From: Macrostomum lignano
Taxonomy: Eukaryota
NCBI GenBank assembly: GCA_002269645.1
Contig: NIVC01001916.1
Span: forward strand, 158,048 to 222,047
Length of the DNA: 64,000 nt
Direction of reading: 5' to 3'
Shown: in pieces, positions 1 through 26,300 of the stretch
Numbering within the stretch: the first letter of the stretch is position 1
How the letters are laid out: each line of letters opens with the position of its first letter
Program-made: the position numbers and the translations under genes
Notes under the pieces: generated by a model
Told to the model about the DNA's origin: nothing
Databases searched by the model: none
Seen by the model: only the letters and a program-made list of their open reading frames with translations

Positions 1-13701
<13,701 letters not shown>

Positions 13702-14641
13702 TGCCTGGCTTGTTGCTGGGATGTCGCTAAGCGAGTCCGGTCATGAATTGATTATCTATTCGTTTTTAGTAATGCTACAAAAATGCAAAACTCATTAGCA
13801 GTCGCAAGATTTGAATAGCTTAATTGTATTAATTTGGGCGGACTAAATTGTAAAATATTTGTAAAAATCTAGGTAAAGTCTTTGAATATGTGACATTAGG
13901 TGTATATTTTGACAATTATATAAATACACAATATATAAATACATACATAATACACAAGTTATTTATATTGCCTATTGACTTTAGGTTTACATATATTTAT
14001 TTCTTAGGATATCATATATGTAAAGGTATTATATTTGTGAATGAAGAACTGCCAGCAAAATAAATTAAAGTCAACAAAATTTAAATATAAAAAGTGCTTA
14101 AGTTGAACTTAAATCAGAACTTTGACACTCAAAAAAACAGAAGCGGGTCGGAGCAATAAAAAATCTAAGCTTGTGTTTCTGGTAATCTTAGGTAAGTAAT
14201 ACAATGCAAAAACAGTATGATGGACATTGGTTTTAGGTTTAGGAACAGTGGGTTGTGATGCAATCGCCTCGCTTTTTGGCCAATGCCACACCAATTTGGC
14301 TAACAACTTTTTTCTCTATAATTTTATACTGAAAGCTTTATTTTTGTCTTAGAAATATTTCTGTCTCCACCACCTTTCAGTTGTTTCTACGGAATGAACC
14401 ATAATTATTGCTTAAAGAGCAAAATGAATTTAAAAATCACAGATGTAACGAATGTTAAATACTCGTAGCTGTGTACACAAAACAAATTGTTTTACTTATA
14501 ACACTTAGAAAAATGAATTATTGAGTTTATTGTGTTGGGTAATGCAAAAAATACGTCTTTGATATTCTAATGCTTTGTTATTTTTTAATTTTGCAATCTA
14601 TTTGTTGACTAATAATAATCCGGGTTTTTTAATGCTTACAT

Positions 14642-17600
14642 CACCCGACCAGCATGGATTTAATCGGTAGAAAAGGTAAACGTTTTCTACGATTAGATAG
14701 GGTAGATGGCATGTCGACTGCCAGCATAACATGCTTTCCTTCTGATTAAAAGCGGACTGTATATACTTGTATTGGGCAGTTATGGGCGCAATTCAAAAGC
14801 TACGCACAACCAATATTATAATGGCTCGACATATTTAATTAGTATAGGGCATTGTGTTAGTATGTATGAATTCAAGACCTAGACTAATAAAGCAGTTGTG
14901 TCTAGAGTCGAAAACTTTGGAAATGTGTCGCCCTAGCTTGCACAAAAAGCCATGTATGACATGACTGAATGAAATTTAATTAGGAGGTTAATGATTGTAA
15001 AATAAACTAGCTACTTGGACCTCTTGACAATGACAATAAGGATGAAATGGTCCTGTTGCAGGCAGATATTAATTGGCTTAAAAAAAGTAAAAGCTTGATG
15101 GCTAGCTAGCTAGGTGGCCTTGGCTCACCCAGTTATTGGCCTTATATTGGCCTTCTTATCAATATGTGGGCCATTTTGTATTGCATTCTGCTTTAATCTA
15201 CTTTGTTTTTCTTCTTTATTGCCAGGTATTTAGTATAATTTTTTAGCTCTTAGTTGTATTCTTTATTTTAATATCACTCTATACTTGTACCATGAAAAGA
15301 AACACAAAAGGCCTTGTCAATTTTAGGCCTATGATAGGTAGCTAGCTATGTTATTTTATTTTAGTAATAGGCCTATAGCTATTAAGAGTAGGCCTACTAA
15401 ATTATTAGTCTATAAAATGTATATGGTCTAAAATAGGCTAGCTATTTTAGACCCTATTATATTTTATGCTTCTTGTCTAACAATCTAATAATTGTTGTAG
15501 GCCAATATTATGAAATGTATAGGCCTAGCTATAGAAAAAGAAAAAGAAGCCAATAACCTTCCTAATGAATAAATTAATTAATATTAGTTCAGTTGTGTAT
15601 TTACTTTATATTTATTGTCATATGAATTATATACTTATATTGCATTTAGCCTAGGCCTATCTACTCTAGTCTGCCTATCCTCTACCTATGTCTGTTCTCT
15701 CAATCATTATATTTTTACTTTTTCCCTCTCTTAATTCCTTTATTATCATGCTTCTCAATTATCTCCCATCTTTGCCCCTCCCCAATTCCCTCCTATCCTG
15801 CCTATCCCCCAATTCCCTCCTATCCTGCCCACCCCCAATTCCCTCCTATCCTGCCCACCCCCAATTCCCTCCTATCCTGCCCACCCCCAATTCCTTCCTA
15901 TCCTGCCCATCCCCCAATTTCCGCCATCCTGCCCTTCAATCTTTTCACCCTTGGGTTTTAAGCTATAAACCCAAGGCAATTCAAAATCTAGAAATGGATT
16001 TCAAATTGGAAAATTGAATTCAGCATTTCAAGCACCTTTCAAAAAGGCGAAACTATAGAGCTAGAAAATATGGAACTATTTAACTACCTTAAGTTCAATA
16101 AGTTATAGTTGGATATTGCCAACTCTTTTCCAGGTGCCTCTATCTAGCTAATGCTAACAAAAATGTTGCAAGGTGTACTTTAATATTATATTTGTTCTAG
16201 TAAGCAGTTTTTCTGTGTCTCCCATTCTACCCCACCTTTCCCTCCCGTTCTACCCTTCCATTCCTTCCCATTCTACCCTCCATTCCCTCCCATTCTACCC
16301 CCACCATTCCCTCCCATTCTACCCTTCCATTCCCTCACATTCTACCCCCTCCATTCCCTCCCATTCTACCCTTCCATTCCTTCCCATTCTACCCTTCTAT
16401 TCCTTCCCATTCTACCCCTCCATTCCCTCACATTCTACCCCTCCATTCCCTCACATTCTACCCTTCCATTCCCTCCCATTCTACCCTTCCATTCCCTCAC
16501 ATTCTACCCCTCCATTCCCTCCCGTTCTACCCTTCCATTCCCTCCCGTTCTACCCTTCCATTCCCTCCCATTCTACCCTTCCATTCCCTCACATTCTACC
16601 CCCTCCATTCCCTCCCGTTCTACCCTTCCATTCCCTTCCCGTTCTACCCTTCCATTCCCTCCTATTCTCTATACCCTCCTTATACCCTCAATACTCTCCC
16701 TATACCCTCTATACCCTCCATATACCCTCCGTATACTCTCCATACCCTCCATATTTTTTCTATACCCATACATGGCCTCCTTGTACCCTCTATGCCTTCC
16801 ATATACCCTCAATACTCTCCCTATACCCTCCATACCCTTCTATACCCATTCTTACCCTCCATATACCCTCCATACCATCCCTATACCCTCCATACCATTC
16901 CTATACCCTCAATACCATCCCTATACCCTCCATACCATCCCTATACTCTCCTTATAACCTCTCCATACCCTCCATACCCTCCATACTTTTTCTATACCCA
17001 CCCATGGACTCCCTGTACCCTCTATGCCCTCCATATACCCTCCATACTCTCCCTATACCCTCCATACTCTCCCTATACCCTCCATACCCTTCTATACCCA
17101 TTCATACCCTCCATATACCCTCCATACCATCCCTATACTCTCCTTATAACCTCTCCATACCCTCCATACCCTCCATACTTTTTCTATACCCACCCATGGA
17201 CTCCCTGTACCCTCTATGCCCTCCCTATACTCTCCATACCCTCCTACTTTTCCTATCCTTCCCGCGTTATACTTTTCCCTATCCAGCCTCTACTATTCCC
17301 TCTTTCCACCTCCAGCGCCTCCCCCTCTCTAGCCCCTACCCTCTCTTCCTTTACTTTCCAGCCCCCATCCTCTACTCCCCTCCAGCGCCCACCCTCTTCT
17401 CCATCAGCCCCTACCCTCTCCTCCACTCCAGCGCCCTCCCTCTCCTCCACTCCAGCGCCCTCCCTCTCCTCCACTCCAGCGCCCTCCCTCTCCTCCACTC
17501 CAGCGCCCTCCCTCTCCTCCACTCCAGCGCCCTCCCTCTCCTCCACTCCAGCGCCCTCCCTCTCCTCCACTCCAGCGCCCTCCCTCTCCTCCACTCCAGC

Positions 17601-19069
17601 GCCCTCCCTCTCCTCCACTCCAGCGCCCTCCCTCTCCTCCACTCCAGCGCCCTCCCTCTCCTCCACTCCAGCGCCCTCCCTCTCCTCCACTCCAGCGCCC
17701 TCCCTCTCCTCCACTCCAGCGCCCTCCCTCTCTTCCACTCCAGCGCCCTCCCTCTCCTCCACTCCAGCGCCCTCCCTCTCCTCCACTCCAGCGCCCTCCC
17801 TCTCCTCCACTCCAGCGCCCTCCCTCTCCTCCACTCCAGCGCCCTCCCTCTCCTCCACTCCAGCGCCCTCCCTCTCTTCCACTCCAGCGCCCTCCCTCTC
17901 CTCCACTCCAGCGCCCTCCTCTCCTCCACTCCAGCGCCCTCCCTCTCCTCCACTCCAGCGCCCTCCCTCTCTTCCACTCCAGCGCCCTCCCTCTCCTCCA
18001 CTCCAGCGCCCTCCCTCTCCTCCACTCCAGCGCCCACCCTCTACTCTCCTTGGTTATCCCTTCGTTACGCTCTTCCCTCCTCTCTGTTTTACTTACTGTG
18101 TCATGCATAACCCGTCTGCTACAGTGTTTTTAAATAGCCTTTTATACCCTCCTCTTTCCCTAGCCCCTCCTCCCCCGGCGGCTCCCCTTCTCGTAGCTCT
18201 GCTAATAAAATCGTAATTCTTCTTCTCTTCAGAATAATTTGCCCAGCTGCGAACTGTGATGGTGCATACCGGGTACTCGCAATTTAAAAAGCGTATGCTT
18301 CTTACTGATTTACTGATTTAATTCCGACGCAACCAAGCAAATCGTTTACTTTCAAGTCCGTGCATTTTTCTTGTGTTTAACTTTTCACCGTTCGGCGTTA
18401 ATGCCGTGTGGCGTTGGTGTAATACTATCGCGAAATTCAATTTCCAATGTCATTATCTAACTATTGTCGCTTTTCTGTATTACAACTATATACAATACTT
18501 CTGCATTTATTGACGTAACATTGTGCCAATAATGTCACATTGTGTGGCCTCAATATGAATCTGTTGCTGAATGCAACTTATAGCCCATTGACCAGTTTAA
18601 TCGCTTGAAATACATTGTAATGTAATACTGTATCGCTTTTGGCAATCGAAACGAGACTTTAGCCAGACTCCTCACTGATCCAAATGCTCCTCAAGCAAAG
18701 GTACGAGTATATGGAAAGCAGACTGAGCTCCGCAGACTTAGTATATTTGATCTTCGGATCGCGGATAGAACCAAGGAAATCTTGGTACGTAAATAAAATT
18801 GGAGTCACTTTTCCTACTTCCACTTTCCCTGCTCTTTCCCTGACCACAGTCTGTGCCCCAGGCTCAAGTTAGACCAACGCAAAATACTAACCTGAATAGG
18901 AAGCAAGCAACTCACTTCCCACTCTAGTCTTTTTCTGCCACTGTTGTCTTGCAATACTCGCAAAGATCTCGTATGGCGTCCTATTTGAATTGGCGCGTCT
19001 CGTTGTTAACGTAGTCGAAAGCAATACTGGTGCCAATTATTTGTGTCGATCAAGTTTCCTAGAGAATGA
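14642..19069 (+). repeat. Left terminal inverted repeat arm
   Basis: AT-rich outer part, pyrimidine-rich minisatellites at ~15750-18170 (including the 24-bp unit CTCCACTCCAGCGCCCTCCCTCTC), unique inner part. Confidence 0.95.
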
Positions 19070-19559
19070 TTTGTTGATAACTGTATATTCGCTGTCTTAG
19101 AGCTGCACGCTGTGTTTAACCATTACTTTGTCGTAGAGGAGCTGATGAAGGGAGGCGTTGGGGCGGACCTTTTGGAGGGGCGGAGCTGATGGGGGGCGGT
19201 AGCGGCGGAGCTTTTGGAGGGGCGGAGCTGATGGGGGCGGTAGCGGCGGAGCTTTTGGAGGGGCGGAGCTGATGGGGGCGGTAGGAGCGGAGCTGATGGG
19301 GGGCGGTAGGGGCGGAGCTGATGGAGGTGGATCGAAGGGGCGGAGTTGATGGAGGATGGTTTTTCTATTTATTCGACCGATTGAAGTATACACAACGTGT
19401 ACGTGTATTCGAGCTACGCTGGTAGTGTAGTTGTTTGTCTAGTATAGTTTATACATGTGTATACTGTAATGTACATGTAGTCTCACAATCTCATCAAAAG
19501 CTAGACATTTTATTTCTTTGGTTAGTAATCGTGGGGATATTAGATCCACATGCAGCTAT

Positions 19560-20680
19560 CGTCATTCGGTGAAGTTATGAACCCAGTCCAGCTCGACCCA
19601 GTTGCACAGATTCTCAATTGGATTGCCAGTCCATGGTGCGGATGTTGTTCTCAGCAAGCTTCGGATCGTTGTCCTGCTGAAACTGGCAGCGCATCTACAG
19701 CCTCTGTCCATGATGCCCTCAATGCGAGTTATTGGCCCAGGTCCAGCTCTGGAGAATGCAGCCCACACCATGACATTGCCATCTACATGCTTCATGGAAC
19801 CAACGGGGCACCTGGAATCGAATTCCTCACCAGCTCGGTGGCGCACATACCGGCGACCATCAGAACCAGTGCGGGAAAATTTGCTCTCATCACTCCAGAT
19901 GACCTTGGCCCCAGTCCTGGGGTGTAGAGCTTGCATGTTGCTTCGCCCAGTTCAAGCGCCGCTTCCGGTTTTTGTCGGAGATGAATGGCTTCTTCCTAGC
20001 AATGCGGCCATGCAGTCCGGCAGCTACCAGACGGCGGCGGACAGTCATGGGGTGCAGCTGGACACCAAAAGTTTACGGCTGATGTCCACAGCGGTTAGCC
20101 GACGGTTGGACTCGGGCATTCGCACAATTCGTCGATCCAGTCGGTGGTCAGTTTTCGGTGCCCTGCCAGGTCTTGAGCCACAGTCTGTTTTGCCAGTGCT
20201 GCTGTGGCGCCTGAGTGCTTGCTGGACGCACGTTTTCTGCGTACGTGACTTTGGCACGCTGGGAAACTCCTTGGTCGAACAGGGCCCTGATTTTCCTACA
20301 CGATTCAGGCGATAGAGCTTTGCCTTTCCCATTCTAGGAGAGTTCGAGATCATTTTTGCTTGGAGTTGTATTGAACTTGATGTTTTGGACTTTGGAATCA
20401 GCAGGGGCCCCACTGTTGTAGCACCTACCTTTTAGCCCAATTAATTAAGTGGTCTTATTACTGTGTGACTTATCAAATTCGATTGTGAGATAAGGACTTC
20501 AATTAAACAGACTCAATTGTGAGTAATTACACAACACATAACTATAATTTTACTGATTGATACCACGGTTATCTATAACTGATTAGATTAAATGCTTCCG
20601 CAATCTGTGAAGGTTATGAAACTATAAAAGTTCGAATTTGTGTTAGGTGGTCTTAATTCATTGTGCGCCACTTTATGTAT
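19560..20680 (-). pseudogene. Degraded Tc1/mariner (DD34E-type) transposase and probable 5' end
   Basis: Broken frames encode RPGRAPKTDHRLDRRIVR..RRLTAVDI (HTH), KVIWSDESKF, GNVMVWAAFS, FQQDNDPK and NPIENL; candidate TIR near 20648-20678 has an inner direct repeat GTGGTCTTA near 20450. Confidence 0.88.
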
Positions 20681-20874
20681 AATGTTGCTGAGTACTTTCA
20701 AGGCTCAATCCAATTACATGTACCATGTCGGAGAGGCCGTCTAAATATGGCTAAAATTACACACTAAAAATAAAGCCTGAGAATTTGCATTTACATTGAG
20801 ATAAGTAGTAGACCTTGGAACTGGTTAACAGGCCTCAAAACGAGGCAAGTGTTTTAAATTGAAACTAAACTGAT

Positions 20875-21133
20875 TGATGGGTTTCGACCTTCGGGCTCCT
20901 TGTTAGGGAAGCCTTCGGGCCTCAGGCTCAGAAATAAATCAATTAGAGACCTGGCCCCCCACTCCTGTCAGATGGTCAGCCCCATGGTAACTTGATCGTG
21001 TGGCGAGCAGTCTAGGTCCTATAGCTAAGAGAGGGACAGCGAGAGACGAGCAGGGAGAATTTTGAAAGTAGAAATTAGCTAATCCGCAGATCAACTAACT
21101 TGCTGCCACCAGCCCGTGCGCCCTGGCTCACCA
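20875..21133 (+). repeat. ~260-bp repeat, inverted partner at 23039-23293
   Basis: Diverged reverse-complement match, e.g. ACTCCTGTCAGATGGTCAGCCCC and GGTCCTATAGCTAAG. Confidence 0.85.
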
Positions 21134-22149
21134 CACCGGGACTCTCGAAATCGGGCTTCCGACTAGAAGGGGCTTTGCACTTACCTGCCAACTAGTGTCT
21201 TTTTGCTGTCAATCTCGAAGTCATAGCCGATGATAAGGGACACTGCTGGGACTAGATCGCGTTGGCCATGCAGGTACAGAGGGGACTTGTGCAGGGGATT
21301 CTTGCGGTGGCGAGTCTATGGGGTAGCTACATGTACTATTACATTGCTAAATACGAAGATATGTACTTTTAGCCTTCAACGCGCCAACTAGCCTCTCATA
21401 GCGCTGATGATAGGCTAACTCGAACCTCAGAGACCGCATGATTCATTTACCCGAGCCGCTTGGCTACCCTAGAGTGCACAAAGTACATCTCTGGCGCCGA
21501 TTCTGCACTTTTGGCAGTTTTGCTCACTGATTTGTTAGATTGGTCGACTGAGAACTGCCTTGCCATTGGTCCACTGTGACCGGCGCCTACTAGCTTAGCT
21601 ACTCATCTGAGCCATCGGCGAACAAAGAAATAAAGCCGACAAAGATAACTGTTAGATTTAACCTTCTCCTTAATTCACTTCACACTTTAGATTGAATTGG
21701 AGTCTTAGACTACTGCTGGCAGTATTATTGAATGATTCCTGCCTCAGCAACAGCACTACTGAACAAAATGAGCAAAAGTGTGCGCCTAATTCAGCTACTG
21801 CAACAGGGGACAGAAAAGGGATCACCCAATCAAGCAAGTCTAGGTAGCCTCTCACCCAACCAATCAGAAACTCAACAGCCGGAGACCAGGTATTCCACAG
21901 TGACCGAATCGGCTCGATGCTCTGCAGCTGTAGACTCGGGATGATGCTGTCACAATCTTCGCTGTTAGCTAGCAGGTGATGCTCTTAACTGGATGTTCGC
22001 TGCTGTCGACCGGGGGACTCGTTCTTGATGATGATGGGGGAAGTTGCAATCCGGGGATCAAGAAACGACGGTCGTGCTCCGGGAACCAGAAGTTGCGCGC
22101 TGGGCCCGAGCCAAAGTAAGAAGAAGTAGTGTCCGAGCGGGCCAAAAAC

Positions 22150-22295
22150 TCCGGTTTAAATAGCCGCCAACTGGACCGTAGTTTGTTATAACGGAACACG
22201 TCGATTCTGATTGGCTGAGCCGTTTTGTTAAAATGAGCGCCGAATTTTCTGATTGGCTAAGCTCGTTGCTACCCAGAATCACGTGACCGAGAGAT
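22150..22295 (-). promoter_or_regulatory. Promoter-like cluster inside the foldback spacer
   Basis: E-box CACGTG, two CCAAT boxes (CTGATTGG on +) and TATTTAAA on the minus strand, ahead of a GC-rich tract. Motif-level inference only. Confidence 0.35.
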
Positions 22296-23329
22296 CCTAT
22301 CAGTTCCCACAGGGTCGTAAAAAGATGACAGGTGCGGCCATAAATCACTCAAAATCGCAACAAAATGATTTATGATTTTTCGCGTAGGATTGACAGAAAT
22401 TAATGAAAAAATATACATTAGAAAGCTCTTATTAAATAGAAAGTGAAGATAATGAAGAGAAATCGCTAATCCCAAGGTACTTTTAGGGGTAAAACGCATA
22501 GCTGTCAAAGCTGTCACACGCTTGAGTGAATCCGAACAATAGGCTTTGACCTCATAAATCTTGATGGCCTGTCAAAATGATGAGAAAAAAGCTACCGCCC
22601 GCATCCTCTCAGACCATCTGGCGCCCGCTTCAACACTGAGTGAGGCGCAGGTGGCTGTCAGATCAGCTTCGAAAGCGATGATTTATGACCCAAAAAGCTG
22701 CGCCTGAGTTATTATGACTACTAGTATGGCCAGACATTATATCTAGTATAGATTCTATGACAATTTGCAGAAAAAAGATAAAAATGCCCCTTGCCCACTG
22801 TTAGTAGGCTAGTAAGTTTCGAGCCCATGTGCTAGCGCGGGATTTGGGAAAAAGTGCGTCCTCATCATGATACTGAAATTGAGCATGAAAAAGCTCATTG
22901 AGCATCATTTTCTCTATAATGCAGCTGCTATCTCACGGGAGCTGCAAACACAGCTTTTAAATTGGGCTGAGTAGCTGATTGGGCCGCCTTGTTTCCACGG
23001 CGCCTCCGGTGTGCAGGGAATACAGGTAGCTGCATGGTTTGGTGAGCCGGGGCGCACGGACTGGTGGCAGCGGGTTAGTTAATCCGCGGGTTAGCTAATC
23101 TCTACCTTTCAAATTCTCCCTGCTTGTCTCTCGACTCGCTGTCTTCCCTTAGCTATAGGACCTTGCTGCTCGCCACACAATCCAGCTACCACGGGGCTGA
23201 CCATCTGACAGGAGTGAGAAGCCAGAGTTCTAAGTGATTCATTTCTGAGTTCTGAGGCCCAGAGCTACAGGCTTAAAAAGGCCGAACCCATCAGAATGTT
23301 GCGGAGCTGCGTCATGCCATTGAAAACGC

Positions 23330-26300
23330 TCATTCTCTAGGAAACTTGATCGACACAAATAATTGGCACCAGTATTGCTTTCGACTACGTTAACAACGAG
23401 ACGCGCCAATTCAAATAGGACGCCATACGAGATCTTTGCGAGTATTGCAAGACAACAGTGGCAGAAAAAGACTAGAGTGGGAAGTGAGTTGCTTGCTTCC
23501 TATTCAGGTTAGTATTTTGCGTTGGTCTAACTTGAGCCTGGGGCACAGACTGTGGTCAGGGAAAGAGCAGGGAAAGTGGAAGTAGGAAAAGTGACTCCAA
23601 TTTTATTTACGTACCAAGATTTCCTTGGTTCTATCCGCGATCCGAAGATCAAATATACTAAGTCTGCGGAGCTCAGTCTGCTTTCCATATACTCGTACCT
23701 TTGCTTGAGGAGCATTTGGATCAGTGAGGAGTCTGGCTAAAGTCTCGTTTCGATTGCCAAAAGCGATACAGTATTACATTACAATGTATTTCAAGCGATT
23801 AAACTGGTCAATGGGCTATAAGTTGCATTCAGCAACAGATTCATATTGAGGCCACACAATGTGACATTATTGGCACAATGTTACGTCAATAAATGCAGAA
23901 GTATTGTATATAGTTGTAATACAGAAAAGCGACAATAGTTAGATAATGACATTGGAAATTGAATTTCGCGATAGTATTACACCAACGCCACACGGCATTA
24001 ACGCCGAACGGTGAAAAGTTAAACACAAGAAAAATGCACGGACTTGAAAGTAAACGATTTGCTTGGTTGCGTCGGAATTAAATCAGTAAATCAGTAAGAA
24101 GCATACGCTTTTTAAATTGCGAGTACCCGGTATGCACCATCACAGTTCGCAGCTGGGCAAATTATTCTGAAGAGAAGAAGAATTACGATTTTATTAGCAG
24201 AGCTACGAGAAGGGGAGCCGCCGGGGGAGGAGGGGCTAGGGAAAGAGGAGGGTATAAAAGGCTATTTAAAAACACTGTAGCAGACGGGTTATGCATGACA
24301 CAGTAAGTAAAACAGAGAGGAGGGAAGAGCGTAACGAAGGGATAACCAAGGAGAGTAGAGGGTGGGCGCTGGAGTGGAGGAGAGGGAGGGCGCTGGAGTG
24401 GAGGAGAGGGAGGGCGCTGGAGTGGAAGAGAGGGAGGGCGCTGGAGTGGAGGAGAGGGAGGGCGCTGGAGTGGAGGAGAGGGAGGGCGCTGGAGTGGAGG
24501 AGAGGGAGGGCGCTGGAGTGGAGGAGAGGGAGGGCGCTGGAGTGGAGGAGAGGGAGGGCGCTGGAGTGGAAGAGAGGGAGGGCGCTGGAGTGGAGGAGAG
24601 GGAGGGCGCTGGAGTGGAGGAGAGGGAGGGCGCTGGAGTGGAGGAGAGGGAGGGCGCTGGAGTGGAGGAGAGGGAGGGCGCTGGAGTGGAGGAGAGGGAG
24701 GGCGCTGGAGTGGAGGAGAGGGAGGGCGCTGGAGTGGAGGAGAGGGAGGGCGCTGGAGTGGAGGAGAGGGAGGGCGCTGGAGTGGAGGAGAGGGAGGGCG
24801 CTGGAGTGGAGGAGAGGGAGGGCGCTGGAGTGGAGGAGAGGGAGGGCGCTGGAGTGGAGGAGAGGGAGGGCGCTGGAGTGGAGGAGAGGGAGGGCGCTGG
24901 AGTGGAGGAGAGGGAGGGCGCTGGAGTGGAGGAGAGGGAGGGCGCTGGAGTGGAGGAGAGGGTAGGGGCTGATGGGAGAAGAGGGTGGGCGCTGGAGGGG
25001 AGTAGAGGATGGGGGCTGGAAAGTAAAGGAAGAGAGGGTAGGGGCTAGAGAGGGGGAGGCGCTGGAGGTGGAAAGAGGGAATAGTAGAGGCTGGATAGGG
25101 AAAAGTATAACGCGGGAAGGATAGGAAAAGTAGGAGGGTATGGAGAGTATAGGGAGGGCATAGAGGGTACAGGGAGTCCATGGGTGGGTATAGAAAAAGT
25201 ATGGAGGGTATGGAGGGTATGGAGAGGTTATAAGGAGAGTATAGGGATGGTATGGAGGGTATATGGAGGGTATGAATGGGTATAGAAGGGTATGGAGGGT
25301 ATAGGGAGAGTATGGAGGGTATAGGGAGAGTATGGAGGGTATATGGAGGGCATAGAGGGTACAGGGAGTCCATGGGTGGGTATAGAAAAAGTATGGAGGG
25401 TATGGAGGGTATGGAGAGGTTATAAGGAGAGTATAGGGATGGTATGGAGGGTATAGGGATGGTATTGAGGGTATAGGAATGGTATGGAGGGTATAGGGAT
25501 GGTATGGAGGGTATATGGAGGGTAAGAATGGGTATAGAAGGGTATGGAGGGTATAGGGAGAGTATTGAGGGTATATGGAAGGCATAGAGGGTACAAGGAG
25601 GCCATGTATGGGTATAGAAAAAATATGGAGGGTATGGAGAGTATACGGAGGGTATATGGAGGGTATAGAGGGTATAGGGAGAGTATTGAGGGTATAAGGA
25701 GGGTATAGAGAATAGGAGGGAATGGAAGGGTAGAACGGGAAGGGAATGGAAGGGTAGAACGGGAGGGAATGGAGGGGGTAGAATGTGAGGGAATGGAAGG
25801 GTAGAATGGGAGGGAATGGAAGGGTAGAACGGGAGGGAATGGAAGGGTAGAACGGGAGGGAATGGAGGGGGTAGAATGTGAGGGAATGGAAGGGTAGAAT
25901 GGGAGGGAATGGAAGGGTAGAATGGGAGGGAATGGAGGGGGTAGAATGTGAGGGAATGGAGGGGTAGAATGGGAAGGAATAGAAGGGTAGAATGGGAAGG
26001 AATGGAAGGGTAGAATGGGAGGGAATGGAGGGGTAGAATGGGAGGGAATGGAAGGGTAGAATGGGAGGGAATGGTGGGGGTAGAATGGGAGGGAATGGAG
26101 GGGTAGAATGGGAAGGAATGGAAGGGTAGAACGGGAGGGAAAGGTGGGGTAGAATGGGAGACACAGAAAAACTGCTTACTAGAACAAATATAATATTAAA
26201 GTACACCTTGCAACATTTTTGTTAGCATTAGCTAGATAGAGGCACCTGGAAAAGAGTTGGCAATATCCAACTATAACTTATTGAACTTAAGGTAGTTAAA

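Noticed and set aside
16173-18216. 400-650 aa Pro/Ser/Tyr-rich extensin-like ORFs and their mirror copies at 24183-26206
   Set aside because: They arise from stop-free pyrimidine-rich minisatellites in the TIR arms and are open in several frames.
20875-20940. CTGA..GGCC..GAAAC pattern suggestive of a hammerhead ribozyme or Penelope terminus (also 23240-23293 and CTGATGA near 21404)
   Set aside because: The CUGANGA core is not intact in the repeat copies, and I could not form convincing stems.
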